From the NCBI GenBank assembly GCA_964035545.1, contig CAXIUT010000156.1:1-28962 (forward strand): a stretch of DNA of 28,962 nt, written 5' to 3'. Source of the DNA: Bugula neritina (lineage: Eukaryota; Animalia; Bryozoa). Below, one piece after another: positions 24,901-28,962 of the stretch (within the stretch, counting starts at the first letter, position 1; each line of letters starts with the position of its first letter). Under the pieces are notes generated by a model. It worked only from the letters and a program-made list of their open reading frames with translations. It did no database searches and was not told the DNA's origin. The translations under genes and the position numbers were made by a program.

Positions 24901-27803
24901 AAGGCGCATTGTTGTTTATCTAGATTAGTGGTCATGATTTTCCTAGAATTATAAGTCAAATTATCAATCCTAGTTTAAAAAGACATTAAAGTCATGGATA
25001 TTTGTAAATTCTAATATAAGATAAATATATCCCTTATAATAATAATTTTAAAATGTATCTTTTCACTACTTCTCAAAGAGATTAATTTTCTATCTAACTA
25101 ATCAGCAAAGTAACAACTGTCAACTTTTCTATAACCTTTAAATAACTCTAATAACAACTCATAAACCTGGTTATTTCGATAGAATATCCATAAGAAAATT
25201 AATAATTAGAATAAATCAATAAAATAAATATAAAAGATAATTTATAGCTCACAAGTATTGAGAAAAAGATATTAAATATATTTGCTTAATTGACAAATCC
25301 TTAATAAATATTAAAGACAGAATAGTTACTTCAAGTTTTATCTACTTCAAATCGTTTATATAATCAAATTCAAGCCAGAATATAAGAATCAAAATAGAAG
25401 CGAAAGATATTGTTATCTAGAAGATAAATATATCAAAAAAAATGTTCAAAAACTGCTAGATTATATTTCCAAATGCAAAAATTAAAAAAATTATCACCAT
25501 ATTATCAATTTTCATTTTAATGGTTCATATCATTATTCCATAAAAATGTAAACAACTTCAATGAAACCCTGGCTAGATAAATATCAAAAAGTCTACCAAA
25601 AAATTTAAAAGTTATAGCGCCTTTATTAATAGCCTAATCATAATACAATAAAATACCATTTGGCAATTTATTTAACCAATAAATATAAAAGAATAAATAT
25701 ATCTTAGAAAGATATGATTTAAAAGTACCAAAAATAAGATTATAAAGAATAATATCAAATATCAAGAAATCTAGTTTATAAACGTTAGATAGAATTGTTG
25801 CAGATAGTCCTTAAAAATTTGATTTAATGCTTACTTGTGGAATTGATGATATTATGGATGCTATTCCTGATTAATTTTCTAATATCTAATTTTTCCAAAA
25901 AATAGAACTCATCAATTGCTTTAGACCAGATTGTACCATAAAGTTATTGACAGATTGGCTGAATATCAACTTAGGTTCAGTTTTTTCAACCCAACTTATA
26001 AAACTAATGGACAACTCTCAATCTCACATACCGATAATGGTATACGAATAATCATAGAGTCAAGTTGATTCAGTAGAATACATAAATAAGTTATACTAGA
26101 TACTACATAAATAGAATAAAAAATCAATTTGTTACATAAATTCTAATAATAGTTCAATGTAAAGAATGAAGATATCTATTGAATCAGCTTATTCAAATGA
26201 TCAATGGGTTGTTTTAGAAGGTTTAGGTTAAATATATTAAGAACTAACTTCTTTTATTATATCATTTTTTTAGTATTCTGATTTCAAAAGAAAATAATAG
26301 TTTAAATTTTGGATTGTAGTTAATAATTTCTAACTAAAATCAGCTTCATAGAAATTAATAAAATTGTCAATGAAAGTTGTTTTCTAGTAAAATACATAAC
26401 TAATAAAAATGATCAGTAATACCTATACCTCAGAAGTACATAGTTTAATGAAGTTATAAGATAAAAGATAAATAAACAAAAAGAAATACATCTTAAATTA
26501 AATAATCATCTTTCATTATATGCTCAATTAAAAATACAAATATAAATAAAAATTATGGAACCAACCAAAATATTTCTAATTTTCAGATCTTACTCTCAAC
26601 AGCAAATATCTATACTTCACACAACCATAATAACTTAAAAAATTATACCCAGATATCGTTACTAATATTTTATACGGAGGAAAAGTTACAGATCAACACG
26701 ATATTGATACAATTAGACTACATATACAATAAACTATCAAAGCAACCAATTTAGATAGAACATATTTCTGGCAAACTGTCTGGGCTGACGATAAATTCCC
26801 AAAAAATCAACATTAACACGAACACTACATCAGAACCAACGTTTTCAATAAAAGCAGTCAACTCTTTAAAAGTATATTTGAACAATATGGAATCAGCTCT
26901 TTTGTCATTAATAGCAAAAAACAACAATAATATAGAATTATATCTAATTTCTATAATTCAGTCAAACATAACCTCAAAAAAGATAACATCCTTTCGATAA
27001 CTAAATAAAAATTAAGATAAATAAATTAGAAAATAAATAAAAAATTATATAAATTTAATACCTCATTCAGCAATGAACCACTAAATCCGTTCCATTATTA
27101 TTTGCTTGATTAGCAACAATACAATCTATCAAAAATGAATAAAATAAACTAGTAAATAAAATTCTACCTAAATATTGAATAAATATTTACAAAATAACAA
27201 TAATAATGGTGCTAGTCAATTATCAACAGTAATATTCCTCAATCTTGGAATGTAAAGACCATTATGAAACTAAATTCCTGGATAGATTTCTTTCTGGAAA
27301 GCTATACGTTTATATTTGATCTGAATTATGATGTTATCAATGTCAAAAATTAAGGTAAAGATATCAGTAGAATATATCCGCTTTAACTATGCCATCATTT
27401 CTCTATTTTCTGTTAATGTATCATGAAACTTAATAATAGTAGCTTTTAAACTCACTAGATGTTCTGGTAACCTTTAAAAGTAGATCAAATAAGCAATAAT
27501 TTTGGAATTAAAGTTGATAGATGGTATCTCTGGAACGCATAATTTAATCAAGTAATAGTCCCTCTCAAAGAAGGAAACATCAAATAATACTACTATTCTC
27601 CTCTTCCAAGAGGAACCTTGACTGTTATCGAAAAAAGCTAATTAAAAAAACAAAATAACTTCTCATCAGTTTCAGTATACAACCATTCATTCGAATATGG
27701 AGACTGTCCCACTGTAATAGCTAAAATATACTTACCAATCAAAATCGCATAAGACAAAGAATGGCTCAATAGAATGAGAGTACATTTGACCCTTAGCGTA
27801 TGA
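15990..27803 (+). CDS. Axonemal inner-arm dynein heavy chain, DNAH1-like and divergent, about 3937 aa, apparently single exon
   Basis: In-frame anchors: DNAH1-like N-terminus (EVNDQFKRTMNEILFN), RFYLLT, YGY(E)YLG..RLVLT, AAA1 GPAGTGKS(E)TTKD (from 20172), CFDEFNR, YDFGLR, WI(E)NLNSVLD, ASPATISR, AAA3 GPLNSGKS/DDINLP, IDP..G..YIK and YGGKVTD..D. All share the frame of the ATG at 15990 and the TGA at 27801-27803. Not every codon was checked for TGA. Confidence 0.9.
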
Positions 27804-27860
27804 TTTAATCAATTTATAATCATTATATATAAATCTTATTTATCATATTTCAATTTCTAA

Positions 27861-28019
27861 GGGGTTGGGGTTGGGGTTGGGGTTGGGGTTGGGGTTGGGG
27901 TTGGGGTTGGGGTTGGGGTTGGGGTTGGGGTTGGGGTTGGGGTTGGGGTTGGGGTTGGGGTTGGGGTTGGGGTTGGGGTTGGGGTTGGGGTTGGGGTTGG
28001 GGTTGGGGTTGGGGTTGGG
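27861..28019. repeat. Right telomere of the main minichromosome, (GGGGTT)n, internal in this window
   Basis: About 26 perfect GGGGTT units starting 57 nt after the dynein stop codon. The orientation is complementary to the left telomere. Confidence 0.97.
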
Positions 28020-28020
28020 T

Positions 28021-28861
28021 GTTTCCATCGCAAATCTGAATCAACTGGATCTATGTCTTTTAATTAAGAGTTTTAGTATCGGATTCGATACGTTCTACAC
28101 GAAGCATCTGCAGATCAATAGATCTAATAGGAGAATCAGCCAAATCAATGATAATATGGCCATTGAGATCATCATTGAAAAAAATAGTTTAACTTTCAAG
28201 TTATCCTCTTATTTTAAAAACAGGTATTTTTCCTTTTTCTCCCTTAACATCACCAGAAACAACCATGAAATTCTTCTTTTTAGGATAAATAAACTGATCA
28301 ATAGCATCTCTTCCTGCTTTAGGTACCTGAACATAAAAAGGAGCATCTTCTTCAATTTTACTTTCTTTTGTAATTTTCACAGTTATCTTAACCGTGTAAT
28401 TTATAGATAAATATACTCCAATATAAGTTTAAAGATATTTATGCTCTCCTTTCTACAATTTGAATTTAAAAGGAATCTTCGTGTCTTATGTACTTGATAG
28501 TAATAGAAATACAGAGTTTTTGTTTTTGTTAGAATTAGATCAGATATTTTTATGATAGTTATCGGATTTGTTTTTCTGGCAATCTCTTCTGTTTCAGGTT
28601 TACTTTGCCTGCTTTGAACTATGACTCCTCCCCAAATATTTAGCGATATACTGTCCACATCTATAACAAATTTTGAGTTTTTAGTATGGGAAAGAAAGAT
28701 TGAACCTGTCACAGTTTACTATGTTAAAGAGATAGTACCTATGGCTTGTAAGTAGCATTACTACGATCAAATTTGCATTATATTTTATATGTTTCCTGAA
28801 ATGGGTTTGATTGAGGAGTATTTTTTAAGGAATTCATTGGTTATTAGATATTAATATCCAT
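28021..28861 (-). CDS. VPS26C: VPS26C/DSCR3 (retriever subunit), 3'-truncated at the internal telomere, two 20-nt introns
   Basis: Motifs TVTGSIFL, NPITII, TKIPFKFKL, YL(E)TYIGVYLSINY, PVFKIRG and IRSIDLQMLRVE...T(E)IQLIQICDGN match DSCR3 (YETYHGV, IRSVELQLVRVE, TEIQNIQIADGD). Introns lie at 28745-28764 and 28493-28512. The start is the ATG at 28861 or 28837. There is no stop codon; the frame runs into telomere repeats. Confidence 0.88.
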
Positions 28862-28873
28862 ATAAGATCATAT

Positions 28874-28962
28874 TTGGGGTTGGGGTTGGGGTTGGGGTTG
28901 GGGTTGGGGTTGGGGTTGGGGTTGGGGTTGGGGTTGGGGTTGGGGTTGGGGTTGGGGTTGGG
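28874..28962. repeat. Terminal telomere (TTGGGG)n of the appended segment
   Basis: Perfect G4T2 repeats to the end of the window, in the same orientation as the array at 27861-28019. Confidence 0.97.

Noticed and set aside
27843-28410. ORF-track proteins with (PN)n, (QP)n and (GL)n repeats
   Set aside because: These are translations of the telomere hexamer; the remainder of 27865-28410 is antisense to VPS26C.
614-28712. The many short ORFs in the track taken as separate genes or pseudogene fragments
   Set aside because: They were computed with TAA/TAG as stops and alternative starts. They are pieces of longer genes or antisense/off-frame shadows (for example 4065-4286, 4562-4774, 5126-5443, 9553-9741 and 24211-24465).

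Overview
This is eukaryotic, very AT-rich ciliate macronuclear DNA, not bacterial. Bases 1-28019 form a complete telomere-to-telomere minichromosome of about 28 kb with C4A2/G4T2 ends. It carries ten tightly packed genes: a Cys-rich multi-TM surface protein, three tandem Cys-rich single-pass membrane paralogs, IFT140, an ODF3/SHIPPO-repeat protein, ADA2, SPEF1, TRAPPC9 and a divergent DNAH1-like dynein heavy chain. After the right telomere comes about 0.85 kb from the end of a second molecule (a 3'-truncated VPS26C gene and another telomere), probably a chimeric join. The supplied ORF track is fragmented because TAA and TAG are sense codons. At conserved positions in four proteins they fall on Glu rather than Gln, matching the peritrich-type code (NCBI table 30), and TGA is the only stop. 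The most striking observation is that all 16 introns I could reconstruct are exactly 20 nt long, and 15 of them have an A at position -6. Gene identities come from remembered family motifs and manual translation; no database search was run.
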